Part shown: positions 38,960 to 51,500 of the stretch, piece by piece | Layout: every line of letters begins with the position of its first letter | Numbering within the stretch: position 1 is the first letter of the stretch | Origin: Octopus sinensis | Taxonomy: Eukaryota | Reading direction: 5' to 3' | Assembly (NCBI RefSeq): GCF_006345805.1 | Contig: NC_043025.1 | Location: forward strand, 13,144,001-13,208,000 | DNA length: 64,000 bases | The notes under the pieces: model-generated | Databases searched by the model: none | The model's input: only the letters and a program-made list of their open reading frames with translations | Told to the model about the DNA's origin: nothing | Program-made: the position numbers and the translations under genes

Positions 38960-39530
38960 CAACTACCACCTGTGGGGAAACTACCACCTGTGGGGAAACT
39001 ACCACCTGTGGGGAAACTACCACCTGTGGGGAAACTACCACCTGTGTCATCTCTTGTGAAAGGTAGGAGAGTCCAGTTTGCTGGACATTGTTGTAGAGCT
39101 GAAAACAAGGTAATTTCTACTCTTCTCCTCTGGAAGCCATCTACTCGCAATACCAGAGGGCGCACACTCTTCGAGAGGTGATTGGATGGAACCTACACTC
39201 GCCTCCTTATGAGAGCTCAAAATCTCTCGTGGAAGCGCCAGCCAACCAAAATGCAAATATATGGGAAACTACCACCTGTGTCATCTCTTGTGAAAGGTGG
39301 GAGAGTCCAGTTTGCTGGACATTGTTGTAGAGCTGAAAACGAGGCAATTTCTACTCTTCTCCTCTGGAAGCCATCTACTCACAATACCAGAGGGCGCACA
39401 CTCTCCTACCCTGATGTAATCTCCAGGGATACAGGCATCCAGCAACAGGACCTCCGTAATGCCATGATGGACCGTGAAGTCTGGTGTAGCATGGTAAATT
39501 CCATTGTCTTGACCACGGTCGAACAATAAT
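38960..39530 (+). mobile_element. RTE-like LINE 3' fragment with partial duplication and 18 bp repeats
   Basis: DGTYTRLLMRAQNLSWK..YGKLPPVS..FAGHC..LLWKP..RGR..AMMDREVW resembles the C-terminus of RTE-group ORFs. Confidence 0.75.
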
Positions 39531-40207
39531 GATATGTACAACATTATATACACCTATTTCTTGTCTCGCTACCATCGTTATATACACCTGTCTGACCAGT
39601 CCAGTATTCTATACACCTGTCATATATATTTCAAATATGAATTTGAAGCAGTGACCACACATTCTCACTGCTTGTACTCTGTTGTGATTTAATGCGGAGA
39701 AGATGCCTTCCTCAAAGCTCCAGGTGTTAAAACACCTAAGAGTCATAAATGAGCACCTGTTAATTATGACATCGTTTGTGCATTTGTACTGGTTTTAGCT
39801 TTAAGGTTTTAGGATTAGTGTTAGGGTTCTAAGGTTAGGGTTGTCATAAATAACAGTGACAAACGAAATATACACCGCCGGAAGTTCTTGTTGACAAACA
39901 ACGGCAGTAATTTTATCCAGCTGAATACACGTCATTGATTGGTTGAAATTACCGAAACAGGACAACTTTAACATGAAATATCTTCGCAAATATAAGTTTT
40001 TCTCAAAAATGCTAAGAGTAAAAGATGTTTTATATGACACATTCTACCAGTGTCCGAAGTTTCAAAGTGTCTAGTTACAAAAATTATTTTTTAAATCTGT
40101 CGGTCAAAAGGTAAAGATCCGAAACAACCCATAATAATTAATATATTGAGCCTTCTGGCCTTACTCTTTCCTCTTCCCTTCGTTATGCTGTAATTAAGAC
40201 AACGAAC

Positions 40208-40368
40208 CTGTTGACAGATCATGGCATAACGAGCCAGGACATTGGCATTCTCCATCATGGCTTGGTATGAGGGAGTGCAAGATCCAATTTTCAATACACT
40301 GCGCCATTTGGCAAACTGGGCGCCACCCTTCTTGTATTCAGCACAGCGTTCAGCCAAACCGTCAAGAC
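40208..40368 (-). CDS. ALDO: Aldolase coding exon 3
   Basis: [43 protein letters not shown]; 161 nt; cag acceptor, GT donor. Confidence 0.97.
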
Positions 40369-41164
40369 CTGAGGAGGGAACCAGAAAATATTTTATATAT
40401 ATATATATATATAATAATTATAATACAAAATAAGAAAATGGAGGAATAGATTTCTTTCAATCATCAACTTCCAGATAATACCAATTCATATGATTTATTA
40501 ACTAATTATTTAGATTAAATAGGAACATCCAAATCCAGCAGAATAAGACAGAATAAAACAATATACATCAATAAGTAAGATAATGCCATAAGAATAATAC
40601 ATATAAAATGGAGCTTACAGCTGTTTCAGCCTGTAGATAAAGGTATCTCATTACTTTGTACTATATAATAATTATATACGTTTTATTGTTTTTTTGCAAT
40701 TTACTTAATCATTGGTATTTTATTGTTATTTTAATTGTAATATTTCTATTATATGCAATTTTCTAGATGGTGTAATTTAATTGTTCATTTTGAATTGGTA
40801 AAAGGTGGTTTTTTTCTAATTTTTTATACATATATATATACATACACATATATATATATATATATATGCACACACACACAAAAGCACAGAAGTGTATGAC
40901 ATGCAAAAAAACCAGGCTTACAGTAGGTATTTATTACAGGATATGGATGAAGTTAGGTGCAGGGTGGCCTAATATTTCTACAACTGTAATCAGAGCATTT
41001 TGGTGGAATGTGTATGTATTTCATTTAATACAATATCTCTTTTGTGCGGGTTTTATACATTTGAAAAAAAAAAAAAATGAATAAAATTGGGTTTTCTCAT
41101 AATTTTTCCACTTTAATAATTGAATGTTCACAAAAGGTAAAACATCTAATTACCTAGAGTAGAC

Positions 41165-41400
41165 AAAATACCTATTTCTTTACTGCCCACAAGGGGCTAA
41201 ACAGAAAGGACAAACAAGGACAGAACGGGATTACGTCAATTATATCTACCCCAGTGCGTAACTGGTACTTATTTAATCAACCCCGAAAGGATGAAAGGCA
41301 AAGTCGACCTCGGCGGAATTTGAACTCAGAACGTAGCGGCAGATGAAATGTCGCTAAGCATTTCGCTCGGCGTGCTAACGATTCTGCCAGTTCGCTGCCA
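41165..41400 (-). mobile_element. SINE family B
   Basis: Match to family B. Confidence 0.8.
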
Positions 41401-41516
41401 TTAAAACATCTAATTACCTTTTAGTAAACTATTGAAGTGGCAAAATTATCAGAAAAACCATTTCTATTCATTTTTTTCAAATATATCATACTGTAACCAA
41501 GGACTTACTATTTCTT

Positions 41517-41915
41517 AAATTGCAGCTGTGATACCAGTGCCGGTGGCACGTAAGCGAACAATCCAATCATGGCCATTGCCAGCTCCGCCCCGACTGGCCT
41601 CCGTGCCGGTGGCACGTAAAAGGCACCATCCGATCATGGCCGTTGCCAGTGCCGCCCCGACTGGCCTCCGTGCCGGTGGCACATAAAAATGCACCATCCG
41701 ATCGTGGCCGTTCTCCAGCCCCGTCTGGCACCTGTGCCAGCGGCACGTAAAAAAGCACCCACTACACTCACGGAGTGGTTGGCGTTAGGAAGGGCATCCA
41801 GCTGTAGAAACACTGCCAGATCAGACTGGAGCCTGGTGCAGCCTTCTGGCTTCCCAGATCCCCGGTCAAACCGTCCAACCCATGCTAGCATGGAAAGCGG
41901 ACACTAAATGATGAT
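41517..41915 (+). mobile_element. SINE-like family D with internal ~65 bp repeats
   Basis: gactggcctccgtgccggtggcac repeats, then the family D core. Confidence 0.72.
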
Positions 41916-42115
41916 ATAGTGTGTGTGTGTGTGTGTGAAGATTAAAGTGAGGGATGACTGGTTCAATCGGGGGGTGGTGGTACAGTAGCAAACAAGGTGG
42001 AGTGGAAGAAGAAATAGTTATGATAAAAAAAGAAACAAGAGGAAGGAGACTGTGTGAAGCCTCGGAAGCGACGAAGAAGAAGTGTTTTTTAATATGACAA
42101 AGCGAGTTTACTCAC

Positions 42116-42382
42116 CCTGGGTGGTGCATTCATTGAAGGTTCCCATCAAAGGGACAACACCTTTGTCGACCTTGATGCCGGGAATGATACCCTTGTCTTG
42201 GAGCACTTTCACAAATGGAACGCCAGCACTGGTCTTCTGGTAGAACGTCTCGTGGAACATAATGACGCCGCTGATGTATTTGGCACATTCTCGGTCAGCA
42301 GTGAACAACAATTCACGGTAACGTCTACGATTCTCCTCTGTGTTTTCAACATTGATGGCCGTCAGCCTCTTTCCCATAGAAC
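42116..42382 (-). CDS. ALDO: Aldolase coding exon 2
   Basis: [49 protein letters not shown]; 267 nt; cag acceptor, GTGAGT donor. Confidence 0.97.
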
Positions 42383-42802
42383 CTGTACGAGGGAAGAAAC
42401 AAAAACTTATCTCTTGTAATTCAGTGTCGGCTGCGGGGTCATTCCGAAAAGCTCTACCTGCGACGATTTCATCTCAATCGAAGGAGAGGAGCTTTCTCCG
42501 TCTGGGTTGCGGATCCGTGGAACAAGCTGCCAGACGAGATGGTGAAGATGCCGACGACTGCTCGGTTCAAAGCCTCCCTGGACCTCAAGTGGCCTGAACT
42601 CTTTACATGAACACCACCCTGTACATAACTCCATGTCCCCCTACATGGCCTTGCTTTTTGCTTTTGAGCCAAATTAACTAACTAACTAACATCTCCCGTC
42701 AACGAGGCACCTTTTACAAATGTGCCCCCGTTGCATGCATACGACCCCAACCCAGCAGATTATTCTAATCCAACAGAAGCTAATTTTGTAATGGTAGATT
42801 AT

Positions 42803-43207
42803 CTTACTCTTTTACTTGTTTCAGTCATTTGACTGCGGCCATGCTGGAGCACCGCCTTTTAGTCGAGCACATCGACCCCGGGACTTATTCTTTGTAAGCC
42901 CAGTACTTATTCTATCGGTCTCTTTTGCCGAACCGCTAAGTGACGGGGACGTAAACACACCAGCATCGGTTGTCAAGCAATGCTAGGGGGACAAACACAG
43001 ACACACAAATGCATATATATATATATATATATATACATATATACGACAGGCTTCTTTCAGTTTCCGTCTATCAAATCCACTCACAAGGCATTGGTCGGCC
43101 CGAGGCTATAGTAGAAGACACTTGCCCAAGGTGCCACGCAGTGGCACTGAACCCAGAACCATGTGGTTGGTTAGCAAGCTACTTACCACACAGCCACTCC
43201 TGCACCT
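42803..43207 (-). mobile_element. SINE family A
   Basis: Full-length match. Confidence 0.88.
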
Positions 43208-43927
43208 ATGTTTTTGGATTCTGTGTCCCCTCCAACAGGTCCCTCTCTTTACATACCATATTTCCTGGCATACAATTTGACAGCGTATACGAAACAAGAC
43301 CATAACCTGTGGCCTTATGCCAGGAGCGTAACCATCCCGTTTATGCATACCTTTCCCTTCTTTGGTCACTAAACGCTGCTTGCGAAGACCTGTGGAGGCA
43401 AGTGAAACCAAAATCAAATTCGACGAGTGGCATCTGTGCTAGCAGGGTGCAAAGAGCATCAAAAGTGCACCATACAAGTGTGATCGTTGACAGAGTGGCT
43501 AACCAGCTTCTGTGACACATAAAAGGGCACCATTTGAGTGTGATCATTATTAGCGTCGCCTTACTGGCACTCGAGCCCCGTGCTAGTAAGGTGCTAAGAG
43601 CACCATCTGAGCGTGGTCGTTGCCAGAGCGCTAACCGGCTTCCGTGCTGGTGGCACATAAAAGGGCACCATTCGAGTGTGATCGTAACCAGCGTCGCCTT
43701 ACTGGCAGATTAGTTGGTCGCTTACTCCCAGAAATGTGGTACACCATCCCGGCATTCTCATAAATCTCTGCCAACTGAATCTGTTGGGCCCTTCCCCACC
43801 ATTGTTAAAAACTATGTCAATCCTGCGTAGCCATTGTAGTTTCTGCATCAAAGCCACAAGAAATAGCAGGATTCAGTATTTGTACACACACACACACATG
43901 CACAGAGTATAGAGTATAGCAACTTAC

Positions 43928-44039
43928 CAGTAGACTCATCTGCAGCCAAAATTCCCTTGCCAGGGGCTACAATAGCCGCAGCAATCTGCTTGAGTTCTGC
44001 CTCCTGTTCAGGAGTGAGATATGGAGCGAAGCCTGGCAT
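43928..44039 (-). CDS. ALDO: Aldolase coding exon 1
   Basis: [37 protein letters not shown]; donor GTAAGT; acceptor tttcag 13 nt before the ATG implies an upstream non-coding exon. Confidence 0.97.
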
Positions 44040-44391
44040 GTTTGAAAAAGCACTGAAATAAGAAATGAGAGAGGTCAGAGGTCAATGGATTAGCAAAGAG
44101 ATACACACATACACACACACACAGACTGACACAATGTTGGTATGGTTAAAATCCAAGCTGTATCTTGAAGCACATCTGCTTATCCCGGTATATTCCCAAT
44201 CTGTGTGTAGATGTTACATTCGTGTGAGGTAGGCATAACGGTTGAGAATATTTCTATCATTCGATTCTGTGTCTGAAGAATTTCTAATTGGAGATATCCT
44301 ACACGTTTCCTTTTATGTGTAAAATTCTGTGATTCCTATTAGTGAATAATACCAAAAAATTTTCCAAACTTGTTTGTTATACATACACATA

Positions 44392-44765
44392 CTCTCTTTC
44401 TTTACTCTCTTTTTTACCTGTTTCAGTCATTTGACCGCGGCCATGCTGGAGCACCACCTTTAATCGAGCAACTCGACCCCGGGACTTATTCTTTGTAAGC
44501 CCAGTACTTATTCTATCGGTCTCTTTTTGCCGAACCGCTAAGTGACGGGAACATAAACACACCAGCATCGGTTGTCAAGCAATGCTAGGGGGACAAACAC
44601 AGACACACAAACACATATACATATATATATACATATATACGACGGGCTTCTTTCAGCCCGAGGCTATAGCGAAAGACACTTGCCCAAGGTGCCACGCAGT
44701 GGAGCTGAACCCGGAACCATGTGGTTGGTAAACAAGCTGCTTACCACACAGCCACTCCTGCGCCT
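44392..44765 (-). mobile_element. SINE family A
   Basis: Match with a small internal deletion. Confidence 0.85.
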
Positions 44766-44940
44766 ACAGGTATATATATATATATATAGTTATCGCCATA
44801 CTTATAAATATAAGACTAAAGCTGTCGCTGATTAGCTCCAAGAGGCCTCCGCCTCAAGCTAGCTATTTGACACACAACCTGCGTCCATTATAAACCTTCG
44901 AACAGGGGAGGTCAGCCGCTTCATCCTGCCAGTCAGACAG

Positions 44941-44981
44941 CTGCAGACATGTTTCAGGGTTGTTGCCCTTTATCAATGCAG
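44941..44981 (-). ncRNA. Candidate minimal type I hammerhead ribozyme
   Basis: CUGCA-UUGAUAA-AGGG caacaa CCCU-GAAA-CAUG-UC-UGCAG: perfect stems I and II, palindromic stem III loop, GUC cleavage triplet. Confidence 0.6.
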
Positions 44982-45309
44982 CATAGTCAGACCCAGCAGG
45001 TGTCGCTACTGACTGTCCTTGTTCGAAGAATCTATTTACCTAGTTTCAGTGGAATACATCCACTTGTTTTCAATAATAGAAATATTAAAATTACTAAGTC
45101 TCTCTAAAGGAGATTACGGCAGCGTTACTGGAAATTAATAGTTATCGCCATATGGCAGTCAAATAGCTAGCTTGAGGCGGTGGCCTCTTGGAGCTAATCA
45201 GCAACAGATTTAGTCTTATATTTATAAGACTGCCATATTTGTATGGCGATAACTATTAATTTCCAGTAACGCTGCCGTAATCTCCTTTAAAGAGACTTAG
45301 TAATTTTAA

Positions 45310-45346
<37 letters not shown>

Positions 45347-47462
45347 TCATCATCATCATTTAGCATCCGCTTTCCATGCTAGCATGGGTTGGACGGTTCA
45401 ACTGGGGTCTGTGAAGCTGGAAGTTTTCGTCAGGCCCAGTCAGATCTGGCAGTGTTTCTATGGCTGGATGCCCTTCCTAACGCCGACCACTCTGAGTGTA
45501 GTGGGTGCTTTTTACGTGCCACCCGCACAGGTGCCAGACAGAGCTGGCAAACGGCCATGAACGGATGGTGCTTTTACGTGTCACCGGCACGGGGGCCAGG
45601 CGAGGCTGGCAACGGACACGAACGGATGGTGCTTTTACGTGCCACTGACACGGGGGCCAGATAGAGCTGGCAAACGGCCACGAATGGATGGTGCTTTATA
45701 TATATATAATTAAAAAATCTTAGGGTAGCAAAAATATTTATAGAAAAATTCTTTGCTACCAGTGGTCTAGCGAAAAGGAAAAATTTACCCAATAGACTAT
45801 ACATTATTCAGAGAAGAATACAGTGTACGTTCAAACACATAAGAGATAACCCAAAGAATAGGATATCTGACTCACTAGAAAGAGCAGTTAAATTATTTTA
45901 TCTTAATTTATATAAGATTGCAGAAACTATGCATAGTCTAGGAAAAATAGGGTAAATGTTTTATTTCTCATTCCCTTTGGGCCAACCAAAACCTTGTGAA
46001 GGGATTTGGTAGATGGAAAATGAAAAAAGCCGGTTATTGTGTGTGTGTGTAAACTAGTACCAGTATCTGCCATGACTACAATTCCAGTTGGCTTGATGGG
46101 TCTTCTCAAATACAGCATATTGCTGAAGGTCTGTCATTGGTCACTGTCTCTCTACATACACACACATACACACATACACTTGCTTATAATATCTATATAC
46201 AACATTAAAAAATATACAAATGTAAATACAAAATGACAGTTTGTGTGAGAATTAATTTCTTCCCAGACACAAGACCTGGATCTTGTGGAAGGTGGGTGTA
46301 GTCGATGAAATTGATCCCAGTGTATGACTGGTATCTTAATTTATCAATACCCCTACCTTTCCACCACAGCAGAAGTCTGAAAAACAACAACAACAACAAA
46401 GGCTGGAATTGAACCAATAAAGAAATAAATAAAAATGGTTATCAATGATAACGAACGGGGAGGGGGGTTAACAATATAAAATGTTAATTAAGAAAACTTA
46501 TTAATGAGAAATAATTTGGTTAGTTTTTACAAATGAACAAATCTGCCACCAATTTTAAAAATTGCTGAATTTCAAAAAAGATTTTTTTCTTCAATTAAAA
46601 TAAAAAGAACAAAAAATATCCGGACCCCACGGCAGAGAGAACTTGAAACCTCACTGTTGTATCTTTGTCCCCTTCTCCCAGATCTGTATTATGGACCAGT
46701 TCCACCTATCACCACACCATCTTTACAAGGAGAGGGGGCACCCCCCCCCCATATTACATCAAGGTCTTTCGGTAAAAAACAGAAATTGAGGGTGGGGGAC
46801 CGATGGTGACAGGGTTATGATGAAATCCCTCAAGTTTTCTAACCCCACAAAAGATACCTTGGGCCAACAGCATGAGGGGACCAGCTACTAACAGGCAAAG
46901 ATTAAGGCCCACCATACAAACCAAATTCCTAAATCCTCCAAATCTATCTGCTTTTCTAGCCCAATTCCTTTTTTAAAGACCCTTCTGAGAATATAGGGAT
47001 TCTCTTCCTGAATTTGACCCCTACGTCAGTTTTATCTATAAAACCCTACTGCCACTGCTTTCACATTTGAAATATTAACACTCCCTCCCTCCATTTATGA
47101 TTAGGGCTCACAGAAGGAAACTGATTTGTCTTACTCCAGCAAAAATGAATAAACCACTGTACAAAAGGACCCTGGAGGGGAGGTGGTAATTGGAGTCTAC
47201 CCAACAAAGTGGCAGTGTCCCAGCATGGCCAGTCCAAAGACTAAAGCCAATAAAAGAGATAAGTGGAGCCATGTGGCTTAGTGGTAAAGGTCATAAGATA
47301 GTGGTTTTGATCCCTGGACTGAGCAATGCCCCTTTGATTACTGATTTATTCTGGTGCACCTTAATGGCCATTTGATGTTTAAAAAACTAGTTTTACAGAA
47401 ACTTTTTTCAATATTTCTATTTTGTTTCTCACACGTTCCCTTGTGTAGGATAAACTGTGTAA

Positions 47463-47760
47463 AACGTGGTCCTCAACCATTTTTTTATATAAGGACCCCT
47501 TTGATTACTCTTTTACTCTATTGTCGAACCCCTAGCCCTTCCAGGTTTAAAATCTAGCTTTATAAAAGCTTCTTTTAATTTGTTTTTCACACACATTAAC
47601 TTGTGTAGGTTGAACTATGGGAAATGTCAGAGAAAGAAACCTAGCTGTTTGTTGCAATTCATACATCTAATGCAAAATTTTTTTTTGGAGGTGGGGCCCT
47701 TTAAAATACTTTTGTGGATCCCCAAAAATCTTATAATCGATCCTGGCTGAGAACCGCTGC
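47463..47760. mobile_element. Degenerate hAT-like MITE
   Basis: Ends gtggtcctcaacc and ggctgagaaccgctg form imperfect TIRs. Confidence 0.45.
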
Positions 47761-48695
47761 ATACAGATAGGCGCTGTATGCTTTCAATCAACCAATTCCA
47801 TTCGTGAGGCTCTGGGCCATGGTGCTGGGCAGAGGGCTTGAAACCCAGAACCTGAGGTTGCAGAGAGGACTTAGGAACCACAGACATGCCTCGTGTCTCA
47901 ATGCTTAGAAATTGTTTATATTCTTTTAAAAACTTCGTTAGGTGTCACTACTGATATCCGCGTTGCCCTATGGTGGGGGAAAGAGTCACTCGACCTACCA
48001 GAAATAGCAGCTAAATCATCCCGGACAGACAGGCTAATGCAGTCCAAAAGAAGGACAAAACGAATAATGTCCTTTTGGTGATGTGGGGAGGGGGTGGTGG
48101 TCTGCTCAGCTGAGCTGCGAGGGGGGGTGGAGGTGGAAACAACAACAAGAACTGTAACAGCAACAAAGAACGTGAGTGGCCATACAACGGAGTACGTATG
48201 GATCCTTTCTCTTTCTGGGATTTTTTAAAAAGTCAAGAATCTACCTTCTTTCGTTTTCTCCGGTGCAACACTGCCAACAGGCCATAGGGCAGGATCAAAT
48301 AGTTGAAGAAATTGACAGCAACATGAGTCTTAAAAAAGGAGATGGCAGGCTACAAAATGGACAACAGTCAAGCTTATTACGAGAGAGAACGAACAAGAGA
48401 AACGTTTAGGAAGAAATATAGAGACCCAACGCCATACAAGACATCGGGTATCGGAACAGACAGGTGTGGATTAGGGGGCAATGGATTAGACCCTTTAGCA
48501 TTCAGATTACTCTGTCAATTGTATAAGCATTGTTTTCAATTAATCCTGCATTATCTCAGATTTGAGATTTCAATGATGTAGTTATTTTTTGAGTGACATT
48601 GTAGGGTAGGTGTGAGAGGCTGGATCTAGCCTGTTTGAACTTAAAACAAGGTAGAATATTTGGGCTGGGTACGTCTGGTTTAAACGCTAAAGGGA

Positions 48696-49204
48696 TACCG
48701 TAAATCCTCGAGTATAGTTCGTGCTTGAGTATAATACGCAGGGGATTTTTTAGGGGGCTGTACCTCTGAAAAACCTAAACCTTGTGTATAATACGCAACC
48801 CTTCTCTAACTTGAGTCAAGGAGGTCTATATAACGTCCTTGGTTTGTAAAACTGTATACGGTAACGTCCTTTATTATTATTGTATATATAACATAATGCA
48901 AACGTGTAGCTTTTTTGTGCATTTTGTTTGCAGAAAATAAAGAAATAACAGTAATAACGTTTAATAAATGTTGCTTACTGCAAGTTATGGATGATTCTTC
49001 ATTGCTTTCAGGTTTAGCTTAAGGGATTTTCTCTCCCGACATCATAAAATGCGTCTGAATAAACATTGCCAGACAGCAAATAGAGACTCAGACATTGCTT
49101 AGAAAATATTTTTCATTTTTAACCTCGTATATAGTACGCACTAGGGATTTTGACCCTTAAATTTTTTGGGGAAAAATGCGGATTATACTCAAGGATTTAC
49201 AGTA
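48696..49204. mobile_element. Complete non-autonomous pogo-like MITE
   Basis: ta|ccgtaaatcctcgagtata..tatactcaaggatttacag|ta; body is the reverse complement of parts of 29653-31010. Confidence 0.85.
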
Positions 49205-49539
49205 CATAGATTTTTGCATTATATACACATTCACTAGAGTGAACATAGGATTTATTAAATAGCAAATCGCATTGGGTCAGGTCAATCCACATCTCAAGCA
49301 GTCATTGGGACCCAACTTCATAGTGACACTAAATATAAGGGGATAGGAGTTTGAGAATGTAAGTATCAGGGACGTGCCGCCTAGGTAGGCAGTGCCTACC
49401 TTGAATAAAACTGATCGATAGCAACATTTTATTTTCATGGCAAAATACGGACCTAATTCAATAAAATTATGAAGGTTACTCTGATTACTATGCATAAAAT
49501 GAAAAATACAGTTTTATATTTAAGAGATGAGGAATTATG

Positions 49540-49990
49540 TACATTGTTTACATTTGATGGATATTTCTCCTCCTCTTGTTTGTTGTTAACACAACATTTC
49601 AGCTGATATACCCTCCAACCTTCTTCAGGTGTCTTGGGGAAATTTTGAACCTGGGTTCTCATTCCGAAGGTATTTTTCAATGTTATTATTACTGTTCAGG
49701 TCACTGCTTGGAATCGAACTCGGAATCTTGGAGTTAGTAGCCTGTGCTCTTAACCACTGTGCCCACAGGCATATGGCGTAGTGGTTAAGAACGCGGGCTA
49801 CTAACCCCAAGATTCTGAGTTCAATTCCAAGCAGTGAACAACAACAACATTGAAAAATACCTTAGGAATGAGAACCCAGGTTCCAAATTTCCCCAAGGCA
49901 CCCGAAGAAGGTTGGAGGGTATATCAGCCGAAATGTTGTGTTAACAACAAACAAGATGAGGACAAATATCCGTTGAATGTAAATAATGCA
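49540..49990. mobile_element. Head-to-head palindrome of a tRNA-headed element (family F) with hammerhead-like tails
   Basis: Arms ~220 bp, centre ~49765; A/B-box-like tggcgtagtgg..gagttcaattcc. Confidence 0.8.
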
Positions 49991-50632
49991 AATAATAAAA
50001 TGCAGAATGTTTGATTTTTTTGTAGATTAGATAGGCATAGTTTGCTCCTGCCTTTCAATTTCAGTATTTAAACTACGCATAGTACTGCTGTAGCACACAT
50101 GTTGCATACACTCCTACAACACCGTTTTCTTTACATGCTATGAAGGCAGAAGTAGATCTGCCTACAACTCAGTCGCGTGCCAGTGCTTCACTACGTAAAG
50201 GTCACCAACTGCCTGCCTACCCTGACGGCACGTGCCTGATGTTTCAGTGAATTTATTTAGGTCCGTTGTTGGTGAAGGGAGAAAGGGGTCGATGGCAGAG
50301 AAAATTGGTGACAGAATATCCTTTAAACATTTGGAATCGCAAAGAAATTCTACAGAATCAAACTGGTTCTCAAAATTTGGAATAGAAAAAAGAAAAAAAA
50401 TCAGATGTAGAAATTAAAAAAAAATTTCTATACTTTTCCATTTATTTTGTGTGTCATGGGTTGTAAAGGTCTTGACATTCTTTTAGAAATCTAGAATTTT
50501 ATGTTGGTAAGAGATGTGACACTTGCCCAAGGTGTCATGCAGTGGGACTGAATACGGAATCATGTGTTTGGGAAGCAAACTTCATACCACAAAGCAATGC
50601 CTGCAACTCTCTCCTATGTGTGTGTTTGTATA

Positions 50633-50870
50633 GGCGCATGTCTTAGTGGTTAGGGTGTCAGCACTATAGTCATAAGGTTGTGGTTTCGATTCCTGGACCG
50701 GGTGACGCGGTGTGTTCTTGAGCAAAACACTTCATTTTCACGTTGCTCCAGTCCACTCAGCTGGCAAAAATGAGTAACACTGCGATGGACTGGCCTCCCA
50801 TCCAGGTGGGGAACACATGTCATAGAAACCGGGCCCACAAGCCTGGCTAGGCTTTAAAAGGGCGCATTTA
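50633..50870 (+). mobile_element. SINE family E monomer
   Basis: Matches 11244-11490. Confidence 0.8.
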
Positions 50871-50904
50871 TTATTATTATTTTTATATATATATATATAT
50901 ATAC

Positions 50905-51037
50905 AGGCGGAGGAGTGGCTGTGTGGTAAGTAGCTTGTTTACCAACCACATGGTTCCGGGTTCAGTCCCACTGCGTGGCACCTTGGGCAAGTGTCTTGTG
51001 AGTGGATTTGGTAAACGGAAACTGAAGGAAGACTGTC

Positions 51038-51074
<37 letters not shown>

Positions 51075-51285
51075 TGTATGTTTGTGTGTCTGTTTGTCCC
51101 CCTAGCATTGCTTGACAACCGATGCTGGTATGTTTACGTCCACGTCACTTAGCGGTTCGGCAAAAGGGACCCGATAGAATAAGTACTGGGCTTACAAAAG
51201 AATAAGTCCCGGGGTCGATTTGCTCGACTAAAAGGCGGTGCTCCAGCATGGCCGCAGTCAAAATGACTGAAACAAGTAAAAGAGT
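50905..51285 (+). mobile_element. SINE family A
   Basis: Full-length match. Confidence 0.87.
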
Positions 51286-51457
51286 ATATATATATATAAT
51301 ATATATATATAATATATATATATATATAATATATATATTATAATATATATATATATATATAGGTGTCTGACTGAAGATTGAAGGCTTCGAATGATTTGTC
51401 TGTGTTCCGTGTTCGTCCCTTCCTGTATTTCACGTTCATTATATAAAAACATTCATT

Positions 51458-51500
<43 letters not shown>

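Noticed and set aside
40610-40660. Minus-strand GAAACAGCUGUA hammerhead-like half
   Set aside because: The CUGAnGA core and stems are too degenerate to call.
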